From Octopus sinensis (taxonomy: Eukaryota): DNA of 64,000 nt. Position 1 is the stretch's first letter, and every line of letters begins with the position of its first letter. The position numbers were made by a program, and so were the translations under genes. The DNA lies in NCBI RefSeq assembly GCF_006345805.1, contig NW_021832035.1, positions 124,001 through 188,000 on the forward strand, written 5' to 3'. The notes under the pieces are model-generated. The model did not search any database and was not told where the DNA came from. It worked only from the letters and a program-made list of their open reading frames with translations. Below, one piece after another: positions 1-10,863 of this stretch.

Positions 1-221
1 TTTGGCTGTTGCCTGTACCACCTGACTGGCCCTCGTGCCGGTGGCTGGCTCATAAAAGCACCCACTATACTCTTGGAGTGTTTGCCGTTATGAAGGGCAT
101 CCAGCTGTAGAAACTCTGCTAGATCAGATTGGAGTCTGGTGCAGCCATCTGGCTCACCGGTCCCCAGTCAAACTGTCCAACGTCTTAAGCGGACGTTAAA
201 CGATTATGATGATGATGATGA
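1..221 (+). mobile_element. SINE-like family A, 3' part, (GAT)n tail
   Basis: Contains the GAAGGGCATCCAGCTGTAGAAA motif and the GGACGTTAAACGAT(GAT)n end seen in more than ten other copies in the window. Confidence 0.85.
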
Positions 222-239
222 TTGGTTGAATGTGGAAGT

Positions 240-365
240 ATGGGTTGATGGTTAGAGTGTTGTACTCACAACCATGAGATCCTAGCTTTGGTTCCCAGAC
301 CAGGCAGTTTGTTGTGTTCTTGAGCAAAATACTTCATTTTCACATTGCTCTGCAAACACTTCAAC
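240..365 (+). mobile_element. Degenerate tRNA-headed SINE with CORE-like segment (family E)
   Basis: A/B-box-like head followed by GTGTTCTTGAGCAAAATACTTCATTT, matching the copy at 46402-46900. Confidence 0.55.
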
Positions 366-669
366 ATTTGACATGTGAAACACTGTGTACCTGTATGGGC
401 AATGTTGATTTGATGGAGAGAGTGAGCTCATGTCTGCCACAAACATTTGATCACTATAAGCAAATAATTCGTGTAGGTTGTTCATTAAGTGAATACAGAA
501 CTGGCTCTCTGAGATTCAAGAGACTCCCAAGAAGGTAGAATATGCAGGTACTGCATGACCAAAAATTTAAGAAGTTCACTTAGCAACCACAAGGTCTTTG
601 GTTTTGATCCCACTGTGTGACACCCTAACCATTAACCCATACTTCCACATTCAACATATGGATGCGAGA

Positions 670-1040
670 GCCCCAGTGCTAAACTGATACTTATTTATCG
701 ATCCTGAAAGGATGAAAGGCAAAGTCGACCCCTTACGGCATTTGAACTCAGCACTTAAAATTGGAAGACCTGCTGCTAAGCTTTTTTCTAGTATGATAGT
801 GATTCTGCCAGCTTGTCACCTTCTTCCATCTGATTGATATTGTTTTCAATAAGCCAGTTGTTTCATAGGAGGGGGTTGGTCGATGACATCAACCCCAGTG
901 TTCAACTGACACTTATTTTATCGACCCCGAAAGGATGAAAGGCACAGTTGACGCTGGTGCAATTTGAACTCAGAATGTAAAAGTAGTTGAAATACTATTA
1001 TGCATTTTGCTTAGCATGCTTAACAATTCTGCCAGTTCAC
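670..1040 (-). mobile_element. Two fragments of SINE family B (Meta-domain-like)
   Basis: ACTTATTT..ATCGACCCCGAAAGGATGAAAGGCAAAGTCGACC is the reverse complement of the family B core; copies at about 670-800 and 870-1040. Confidence 0.8.
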
Positions 1041-1835
1041 CAGTCTGTCATCTGGTTAATATTATCAGCTGTAACTGTCCTGTCATTTATTTAGGCATTG
1101 TCTATACAGGACTACAGTATCCAGTGAGTCCTTCCTCGTTGAGGGATATAAGTTTTTTTTTTATTTTTAGCTGGTAGAATGTGAGTCATTGTAAGTGGTC
1201 ATTGAGAGGGCCTCACAGATTGTTAGTAGGAATTGTTTTATAAATAGGAATGCTGAGCTGATGTGATTATGCAGAGAATAATTGCTGCAAATTGGATGTG
1301 ATGTGTTCTGGTGTGATTATAGATTTTTAACCTCAGCTTCAGAAAATTGATCTGTAGTTTGAACAATTTGAAGAGAACTCTGCTTAAACAAAGAACTGGA
1401 TTACACGGAGATTTGCAGCACTGTCCAACCTACACTAACATAAAAAATTTTAATGATGCTGATGAATAGCAAATAATTAATTAAACGAGAATTTATGTTA
1501 CTGTTCAAGTAACTGGTAATTAGTAGCTGTTTTGAGATAATAAATTTTAGTACTTTGAACCGTTATCTCCTGATGTATCGCCTGAAAAGAAAATATGTTT
1601 TGGTTGTGTTTCGATATTGTTACTTTATGTTAATGGAGATTTTGTATTTCTGACTTCCTAGAAATTCTCTTGTCACTTGTCTGAGTACAAAAGACAAACG
1701 AACACGTAACCATGGATACAGACATAGCTGTGTAGCTAAGGTTTGCTTCACAAATGTATGACTCCAAAGGCAGTTCCACTGCTCAACACTTTGAAGCGTC
1801 TTCTAGTTTTCTGTCATAGCCTTAGGAGTGGAATG

Positions 1836-2515
1836 TCATCATCATCATTGTCATTATCGTCATCATTATCCTTATCATCATCGTCCTCCTCATCATCCTC
1901 ATCTATATCCTCATCTTCTTCATCATCCTCATCATCTTCATCATCCACATTTTCATAATCCTCATCATCCTCATCTTCATCCTCATCTTCATCATCCTCA
2001 TCTTCATCATTTTCATCATCTTCATCTTCATCATCCTCATTTTCATAATCCACATCATCCTCATCTTCATCATTCTCATCGTCATCATCCTCATCTTCAT
2101 CATCCTCATCTTCATCATCCTCATTTTCATAATCCTCATCATCCTCATCTTCATAATCCCCATCGTCGTCATCATTCTCATCTTCTTCATCTTATCTATT
2201 GTTGATCATGTGATACATAATTAAGAACTAAAATAAAGGAATAATGAATTAAATGTTTCAGTCCTCATCTTCATTATCATCATCTTCATCCTCCTCCTCA
2301 TCATCATTGTCATCATCACTGTCGTCATCATCGTCATCATCATTCTCAACATCGCCTTCATCTTTCTCATCATTAGTGTTGTCATCTTCATAATCCTCAT
2401 CTTCAACCTCCTCCTCATCATCATCATCGTCATCATCACGGTCGCATCGTCATCATTCTCAACATCGTCTTCATCATTGTCATCATCGGTGTTGTCATCA
2501 TTGTTGTTGTCCTCA
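1836..2515. repeat. Degenerate (CAT/CCT/CTT)n triplet repeat in two blocks
   Basis: Strict 3-nt periodicity at about 1836-2192 and 2262-2515; reads as poly-Asp/Glu on the minus strand and His/Pro-rich on the plus strand. Confidence 0.9.
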
Positions 2516-2758
2516 TGCTAGCACGGAAAGAGGACATCAAATGATGATGCTGATGATGATGTGTCTCTTTATATGTGTGTGCATGCTTGTGTCTACTCGT
2601 CTCGACATTGCATGACTGAGGTAAACAGATGTCATTTCCAGTATTCTGCAAAAATACGTAGAGCCATGGGAAAATATTACCTTGGTCAGAAACAAGTAAT
2701 GGTTGGCAGCACGAAGGGCATTGGACTACAGAACATCTCTCTTACTGAACTCCATCCA

Positions 2759-2925
2759 ACCCTAGATTCCTAATTCTATTATACTGGACTTTGCACACCA
2801 AGCCACTTGGCTGTGGAAACATGGAAAAGTGGATGTTAAAAAGAAATGGTGATGATAAACAAATGTTCAACAGCCAAGTGGCTTGGTGTGCAAAGTCCAG
2901 TATAATAGAATTAGGAATCTAGGGT
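2759..2925. repeat. Perfect 56-bp inverted duplication
   Basis: 2759-2814 is the exact reverse complement of 2870-2925. Confidence 0.95.
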
Positions 2926-3806
2926 CTATTAAACATTGCATTGAATTAAATTATTTACTTTACAGAAGGAGAAAGAATGACAGGGAGGTGTATAATGAAA
3001 GCATTTCTTTAGGATAAAAGCATTCTCGTTCACAGTCCATTAGTAGTGTAAGGGAGAGAGAAATAGTTGTAAACTTAATTTGAATTTTACGTGAGAAAAT
3101 GTTATTCAGAGCAATCAAACTGTTTTTGTATCCCTGTTAATATAACAAATGCAGTCGCTTGCCTTACAATTCTGACTTCAGCTATATGTAAGCATCTGTC
3201 AGTGATTAAAAGAAGACGTTCTAATTCTAGTCATTTCCAATGATATGTTTGGTATACATTCTCTTGCATATATATATATCACTGTGACCTACCAGACTAT
3301 CAGATGTTGCTACACATCGCTAGTCACAATGCGCTTTGCATTGTTTTAGCCTTCAAATGGCTAAGCAAGCAGTAACATGAAATAAAGCATCTTGCTTTAT
3401 AAGGAACTGAATTCATGACTTTATGATTGTAAGCCGAATACCCTAACCACTTAACCATGTGCCTTCTGAGGTACTGTTCAAGCTGCATACACCAGAACCT
3501 GAATTTGTCTGGGAGCAATATTTTGTCAATTCTTCATCATTTTAGTGGGTTTTGACCCCTTCTTGTATCATTAAGTAACCTATAAAACAGGCTTCCCATA
3601 GAATCTTTGATTTATAGGCATGATTCCTCCTGAAATTTCAAACTTCACTTCCTTCTGTCTCTCTTTGAGGAGATTTCTTTCTTTATTTGTGCTTTGAAAT
3701 ACATCTTTGACAAAGTGACCAGAACTCATCTAACCTGTACAGGATTCTCATCACTAGTTTTTGTCTTCTGCCAGCATTTGCTTTTATAGATGATATATCA
3801 AAATAT

Positions 3807-4085
3807 TACGGAGATGTACTTGCATAGCGAGTGACTTGATCTGGGAACGTGTGCTGGAACGAAAACAATTGCAGCATGGAAGGTGTTTATAAGCCATTTA
3901 AGAAACACACAAAACTGTTAGATTCATTTCAACATTCGTGCAGCACAAAGTTTTGTCAGTGAACAGGTCGCGGTCTCAAAGCAACGAAAATATTTTGACA
4001 AATTAAATTTAAATGTTGAAATAAATCTAACAGTTTTGTGTGTTTCTTAAATGGCTTATAAACACCTTCCATGCTGCAATTGTTG
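3807..4085. mobile_element. Penelope-like fold-back insert (inverted pLTR fragments)
   Basis: 12-bp TSD ATATCAAAATAT (3795-3806 / 4086-4097); inverted arms 3864-3936 / 4012-4084; hammerhead-like motif between the arms. Confidence 0.7.
3952..4002 (+). ncRNA. Minimal type I hammerhead ribozyme-like motif, G3-C8 variant
   Basis: Stem I TTTGTCA/TGACAAA; core GTGAACA; G; stem II GTCGC/GCAAC (one mismatch); GAAA; minimal stem III ATATT; putative UUU cleavage triplet. Confidence 0.6.
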
Positions 4086-4414
4086 ATATCAAAATATATT
4101 GCCAATAAAATCTTTCTTTGAGGAGTGGACATTCATTTCAGTCTTGTGAACCACTGTGCCTCATACAAAGACTTCTATTCTAAGTATAAACCATGTGACT
4201 GATATTGAGCATCCAGACCGATTCCTACATCCAACTTGTACCAAACCATTGTATTATTTACTGTTATTGAGAAAATTTGTAAATTTAATTCAATCATCGT
4301 TTTCCATTGGCCAGTTTTTTTTTCCAGTTTCCTTGTTAAATCATTTGCTGACATCATCATCTTTATAGCCAATCAAATGTCATGTTCATATTTCCTGAAT
4401 CATGACTTTCCCTC

Positions 4415-4436
4415 TGTCTGTCAGTCAGTTTGTCTC

Positions 4437-4503
<67 letters not shown>

Positions 4504-4851
4504 CTACCTCTGTGTGTCTCTCTCTCAAACACATGCACACATTATTTGAAGTCTGCCTATCGTTATGAATCACAGAGTAAACTCATTTGTTTCAGTTTAT
4601 CATGTCATTGATTAATCCTTTAATCACCATTTATACATACCCAATGACAATTTATTTATATGCTCTCACCGTTTTATTACACACACACACATACGCACAC
4701 ATTTCTAAACATATGCACGCACATAGCCACCATTTCTATGTGCACACACAACCATCATTTCTACACAGATATATATACACATAACCACAAATTCCATACA
4801 AACAGAGCCACCATTTATATGTGTGTGTGTGCACAGCTACCCATCAGTTCT

Positions 4852-4903
<52 letters not shown>

Positions 4904-5145
4904 GCGCGCACACACACACATATATATATTTATATATACACGCACACCCACATATATATTTATATACACGCACACCCACATATATATTTATATATACACA
5001 CACACACACAACACACACACATATATATACACACACACACACATATATATATGCACACACAAACACACACACAAATATATATATACACACACACATACTA
5101 CTCATTCTTCTTGCATGCTACTATTTCTACACACACACACACAGC
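4415..5145. repeat. (CT)n, (TA)n and (CA)n microsatellite cluster
   Basis: Direct inspection; source of the YI/HT-rich ORFs in the track. Confidence 0.95.
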
Positions 5146-5728
5146 ACCATTTTGTTGATAACAAGAGAAATTATAAGTATTCCCCCATACTTTATCAATT
5201 TAAACTACTACAGCACAAAACGTGTATATTAAATATGATAAAGACTTCTTGTACCAACATCTTCAGTGATTGCCTATATTAACACTGATTAAATAACTGA
5301 ACTTACCTACATCTTCAAGTAATGTACATCCTTTGTAGTTGAGTGTATTATATTAATATAATCAATGATCTACATTGTATGTCTGTCTGATAGGGCACCT
5401 CACCTCTTATACGCTCACTATCTACTTACTGTGTATAGAAACACAATAGTATTTCTATAAACTTCTTGTCTTTCAGTTTGAAGTTCAGATATGGAATTCT
5501 CCTCGTCTCTGCTCTTTTCTCTCTTCATCCTTCTCTCTATTCTTATGTCTAACAGCTTTCCCATCTGTCTGTCTCTTGTTTTCCCATCCTCTTTACATCT
5601 TATATAACCGTTCTTGAAGCTGAAGCTAGATAACTAAGTCATTCTAGTACTTTGCTTAACAAATATATTTGTATTCTTATTTGTGTGCTACATAGATATT
5701 TTATATTTACCATGTATTTACTTACTGG

Positions 5729-6009
5729 CCATGATCGGTTGGTGCATTTTACGTGCCACTGACTTGGCTTCTGTGCCGGCGGCACGTAAAAAGCACCAAC
5801 CGATCGTGGCTGCTGCCAGCCGCCTCTGGCATGTAAAAAGCACCCACTACACTCATGGAGTGGTTGGCGTTAGGAAGAGCATCCAGCTGTAGAAACACTG
5901 CCAAATCAGACTGGAGCCTGGTGCAGCCTCCTGGCTTCCCAGACCCTGGTCGAACTGTCCAACCCGTGCTAGCACGGAAAATGGACTTTAAACGATGATG
6001 ATGATGATG
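5729..6009 (+). mobile_element. SINE-like family A with TSD
   Basis: 13-bp TSD ATTTACTTACTGG (5716-5728 / 6010-6022) and (GAT)n tail. Confidence 0.9.
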
Positions 6010-6276
6010 ATTTACTTACTGGTTTATACCGGTCAGTTTTTGGATGTTTTGCTTTGTACGAATTCTTTAAATAATTTCTTTTAGTTCATTTTTAGATTAT
6101 AGACATCAGAGCTATAGTTTTGAAAAATCATTATTTGCACTGTGTACAGTGAGATCTGAAATAATGATTTGCAATTTATTCTTTATGTGTTTCAGCTAGT
6201 CGCTGTTAAGTACATTACTAGAGGACAACTTCTCCCTTTCATGATGACTGTGTTCATAACACATTTAGCTTATTAA

Positions 6277-7036
6277 CCCCTTACCCGGCAGAAATGAATA
6301 TATGCGTTTTGACCGAAATCGTTTTTTTCTATCTCTGGCAAGTTAACTCGTCAAAAGATAGACTCGCCAAAATCGACAGCAAACGAGTTCCTTTGTCTAT
6401 TATTGACTCTTTTTTGACATATACGAGTATATTCGCTCACTTTATACGTCTGGCAGTGACGATTTCTGCCACCTTTCGCTTGAGTAAGGCATTGAAGACC
6501 GAGTATGATTTAGTCACCTGGAGACAGTCGAAGGGTTGGAAGGCACATTTTATGAATAGAAATATTCACTTTGTTTTTATGTTGTTTTTTTTATACCGTT
6601 ATATTATAACCCCACCATGTCGAGCTCTGATGATGATAGCGATTATGAAGCTTCTCTTGGAGGGTTGGATACATCTGATGAGAGTGAAAGTTCGTCAGAA
6701 GAGTTTTATTTTTTGTCATTACTAACAGTTTTGAAGTAATAAAATCAACAGAAGTAAACAATCATGTTTTGATCATTCATTCTAAATTTGGAAAATAAGA
6801 TAACCAAATAAAATAACATGATTTTTTGTAAAAGTAATATGATTTATGAAAAAAACGGGTTAACTCGTTTCTGCCCAAAGCGGTAATTTAAAATCAATAT
6901 TATTGAATTAAAATTCATAATAAATAAGGTTTGAAATATACCTCGAAATCACCATTCAAAACATAGTAAAATAAAACAATTAAAAAATATGTCTGAAAAA
7001 ATACATTTATTTTCAAAATAATTGTTGGGTAAGGGG
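6277..7036 (+). mobile_element. Non-autonomous piggyBac-like DNA transposon
   Basis: TTAA|CCCCTTACCC ... GGGTAAGGGG|TTAA; internal 40-codon acidic ORF 6617-6739 (MSSSDDDSDYEASLGGLDTSDESESSSEE...) resembling a transposase N-terminus. Confidence 0.8.
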
Positions 7037-7278
7037 TTAACCCAAGGGATTCTAGGACACAAGTGGTTTGACATATTGTACATCATAAGCCAGGAACACC
7101 TAGACCTTTGAGCCAAAACAAGCTACTGTCTTTGTTTATAGTTTCAGTGAACAAAGCTGTTTGCTGATCAGTGCTTATGTCTGCCACCAGATAAAAAAAA
7201 TCATTATTGGCTCTGCACAGTGAGATCCGAAATGATAATTTACACATTTATCTTTAATTCATTCTGACAATAGGTGTA

Positions 7279-8444
7279 TTAAGTGGTTTGGAAAATGATA
7301 GCTGATTTTTTAAATACGCCTATATTTTTGAAAACTGAACTTTATACAAATTTTAATTGTTCAAAATATAATTCCTGAACAGTTATGCATTTCTCCGTTC
7401 AATTAACAAGGTCGTATATGCCCCTTCGATAAAAAATACAAAGGCTTTGATGCCAAGAAATCCTTGAATTCAGTTTCGACCTTGGTTTTGGAACAGAGGA
7501 TTTTTGCCTTAAAAAAAGTGGTAGTTGGTGGGTGAAAGATCAGGAGAATATAGAAGATGTAGTAAAGTCTTGTATCCTTAGTCTGTGAGCTTCTGCAGTG
7601 TTATCCTGGAAAGTGCAGTCAAGTGTTGTCATGAAGCAGAATTGGACCACATCGATTGACAAGTCCTGGGTTGATGCTTCTGTGACTGAATGCATACATA
7701 TGAAAACAGGAACTATAGAAGGAACATTCCTATCAAAACTTCTGACATGTACAAATGTCACATGTCTGAAATATGTATTTATGTCAGAGAAGGAAAATCA
7801 TAGACAGTCATAAAGATCAACCAGCCTCTGCAAATATGAATTTGCTTATAAAATCGAAAAGGAGAATATCTATTATGGCTGTGAGGTTAAGAAGTTTGCT
7901 TCCCAACTATATGGTCCTAGGTTCAGTCCCACTGCGTGACACCTTGGACTCAAGTGAACATGCATTTCTTTCACTTGCTTACAATAAACTTCTGATGTAA
8001 TACTGGTTAGGTTCCAGAAAGCTGTATTGTTTTCAAATGCTGACCATCAAGTGCAGATGGATGTCCTCTACCGTTTTGATCTTCAAGGCTCTCATCCTCA
8101 CTACAGAATCTCTCAAACCACCATTTTACTGTCCGATCACTAGTGGACCCTTCACACCCATGCTCTGTTGATATTGGCGGCTGTTTGGGAAGCATTATGT
8201 CCAAGCTTGAATTCATGCAAAAAACAATTAAACACATTTTTTTCCTTTTTTTCATGTTTAAAATTGAGGATTTCTATGCTTCAAAATTATATTCTGAAAG
8301 AAATCAATAAACATTTATTAAAAAGTACGCATCAATTATTAAGCATGTAAAATTCCGTCTAAAACACTGCAAAAGTAACATCTTCCATCAAATTTGAAAA
8401 AAAATGGTTTCAAAAAATCGGACAGCATTTTTTGAGCAACCTAA
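7279..8444 (-). mobile_element. Decayed, internally deleted mariner transposon
   Basis: TA-flanked degenerate TIRs; minus-strand peptides SDRTVKWWFERFCSEDESLEDQNGRGHPS, YSFLEP..ITSEVYC, PGLVNRCGPILLHDN and YSPDLSPTNYHFF match mariner transposase motifs. Confidence 0.9.
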
Positions 8445-8924
8445 TATTTCAGAAATATCTGACAAGTTCAGTGTTGCCTTACTGGTTATTGTTCCTTTAC
8501 ATTAAATATGCATCTATTAGTTACAATGAGTTCATCATTTGAAATTTTCACCTATTCTTTCTCTGCAAATGAGCAACCTTTTTAAGTGATGATATCAAGG
8601 TTCAGTCTTCTTTCCTACTTACTAAAACTTTTGGTCTTTGTTAAGATTATTTTGCAGTCTCTCAATAATAGGTTTTACTTCCATTTTTGGAATAACTATA
8701 TGTGCATCTACACCCACCCACCCACGCACAAATATGAGTGCATAAAGTATTATTTTCCATTGCAACATAATGCTGCTGAAAGAATAAACAATGCCAACAG
8801 TTAGGAAAGACCGTCCTGGGTTGATGCTTCTGTGATAGAATGCATACATATGAATACAGGAACTATAGAAGGAACATTCCTACCAAAGCTTCTGACATGT
8901 ACAAATGTCACATGTCTGAAATAT

Positions 8925-9336
8925 ACTCTTTTACTCTCTTTTTACTTGTTTCAGTCATTTGACTGCGGCCATGCTGGAGCACCGCCTTTTAATCGAGCAA
9001 CTCGACCCCGGGACTTATTCTTTTGTAAGCCCAGTGCTTATTCTATCGGTCTCTTTTGCCGAACCGCTAAGTAACGGGGACATAAACACACCAGCATCGG
9101 TTGTCAAGCAATGCTAGGGGACAAACACAGACACACAAACACACACACGCATATATATATATATACATATATACGACGGGCTTCTTTCAGTTTCCGTCTA
9201 CCAAATCCACTCACAAGGCTTTGGTCGGCCTGAGGCTATAGTAGAAGACACTTGCCCAAGGTGCCACACAGTGGGACTGAACCCGGAAGCATGTGGTTGG
9301 TAGACAAGCTACTTACCACACAGCCACTCCTGCGCC
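8925..9336 (-). mobile_element. Full-length tRNA-headed SINE, family C
   Basis: Near-identical to copies at 15367, 37718 and 55990; internal (TA/TG) tract; GAGTAAAA-type tail. Confidence 0.9.
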
Positions 9337-9439
9337 TATGTCTTTATGTCAGAGAAGGAAAATCATAAACGGTCATAAAGATCAGCCAGCCTCGGCAAAT
9401 ATGAATTTGTTTATAAAATCGAAAAGGAGAATATCTATT

Positions 9440-9612
9440 ATGGCTGTGAGGTTAAGAAGTTTGCTTCTCAACTATATGGTCCTGGGTTCAGTCTCATTGT
9501 GTGACACCTTGGGCAAATGTCTTCTACTATAGCCCTGGGCTGACCAAAGCTTTGCAAAAGGATTTGGTTGACAGAAACTGAATGAAGCCTGTTTGTGTGT
9601 GTGTGTGTGTTT

Positions 9613-9670
<58 letters not shown>

Positions 9671-9875
9671 CTTTGTTCTCCTCCATTGCTTGATAACTGG
9701 TGTTGATTTGTTTGTCTCAGTAACTGAGCAGTTCAGCATAAGAGACAGGTAGAATTAGTGCCAAGCTTAAAAAATTAACTTAGCAGGGGTCAATTCAATT
9801 GCGTAAAACCCTTCAAAGCAGTGCCCCGGCATGGCCACAGTCTAATGACTGAAATAAGTAAAAGAGATAAAAGAT
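9440..9875 (+). mobile_element. Older SINE family C copy
   Basis: Degenerate match to the family C head, body and tail with an internal (TG)n tract. Confidence 0.8.
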
Positions 9876-9892
9876 AAACTGCTTATATGTTT

Positions 9893-10283
9893 GCTTTGTT
9901 TTTGCGTCTGGTTTGTAAGATTCTTTATGTGAATTTGTGTGTTGAAACAAATTTTTTTGTGTCTAGGGAGAGTCATTATGCCAGTATAGTTAACACACAC
10001 ACACACTGGTTCAGTTCCACTCATTTATTATTAGTCAATTGGTTAAATATCTGATTGTTTTGTGTTTGTTTGTCAAAGTTCTTTCATTGTTTCTGGCAAC
10101 CTTTTCAATGACTATTGACTTAGTCTGTTATCCTTGAAAAGACTGCAAGAAGCAACAAAAGAACTTTGACAAACAAAACCAAATCAATTGGGTATTTAAC
10201 CAGTTGACTAATAATAAACCAGTGTGTGTGTGTGTGTGTTAATTATATTGGCGTTACGGCTCTTCCTAGACGCAACAAAATCT
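9893..10283. mobile_element. Penelope-like fold-back insert
   Basis: 10-bp TSD TTATATGTTT (9883-9892 / 10284-10293); diverged inverted arms about 9950-10108 / 10134-10281; left end shared with the element at 47828. Confidence 0.7.
10072..10112 (-). ncRNA. Minimal hammerhead-like motif, U3-A8 variant (second degraded copy on + at 10134-10170)
   Basis: Minus strand reads GTCA-TTGAAAA-G-GTTGC-cagaa-ACAAT-GAAA-GAACTT-TGAC; the two arms together give a perfect GTTGC/GCAAC stem II. Confidence 0.5.
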
Positions 10284-10434
10284 TTATATGTTTATATTAC
10301 TGCCAATTTTGATTGGTATATTTGGCTATGCCTCTAAATGCTTCAGTGACAAAATTCAAGATGCTAGGATTTTCAGGCAAAGGATTTTAATGTAAAGGAT
10401 GCGAGCTGCACCCATCCAGTGCGGGGTCATCAAC

Positions 10435-10863
10435 TGTAACAAGATGAAAGGTCCCCGCATTGGATGGGTTCAGCTCGCATCCTTTACATTAAATATTAAT
10501 CGAAGGAAAGAGTCAAGACTTCTGATTAACTTCAACAGTATAAATATTTCTTGATTTGCAATATATACATTTTCTTCTTTCTGTGTGAATAGGCAGCCTA
10601 GGAGCTTATCGCAGTAGTCAAGTGGAGTGAGCCAAATCCTGTCCATTAAAGCATAGCGGAGATACGCCATGAGGTAGCAGCTTGAGAGAGTTGATAAAAA
10701 CGCGACTGTCTTATTCAGCTGCTGGCGGTCGAGAGAACGATACAAGGGAATTTTGCTGCTGCTAGTTTTCTGTGCATGCGCATGAGGGAACTTCCGGCAG
10801 GCCTCCCGGAAGAATCCAACTCTGCGCATGTGTGCTGGAGATTTCCAAGATGGCATCACTACA
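10435..10863. mobile_element. Probable solo LTR
   Basis: TGTAAC...CACTACA termini, locally GC/CpG-rich, promoter-like motif cluster; no TSD visible because the left flank is rearranged. Confidence 0.45.

Larger units (their letters stand above)
3485..4330 (-). pseudogene. Decayed non-LTR reverse transcriptase, HERO/NeSL-like (R2 group), interrupted by the insert at 3807-4085
   Basis: Frameshifted minus-strand peptides WYKLDVGI / GCSISVTWFILRIEV / VKFEISGGIMP / IDKILLPDKFRFWCMQ resemble RT motifs W..LE.GI..GC.IS...F...ME and IDK..LPGK.K.W. Clade assigned from memory, not by search. Confidence 0.55.

Noticed and set aside
1828-2205. His-rich 125-aa ORF
   Set aside because: It is a reading of the (CAT)n-derived repeat and lacks the Gly-rich motifs or signal peptide of known His-rich structural proteins.
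4660-5232. YI/HT/CV-rich ORFs here and at about 16.2, 50.4 and 54.6 kb
   Set aside because: Translations of dinucleotide and tetranucleotide microsatellites.
7520-7555. PTNY instead of PTDY in the mariner catalytic motif, as in domesticated SETMAR
   Set aside because: The copy has many stops and deletions, so a single G-to-A change is best explained by neutral decay.
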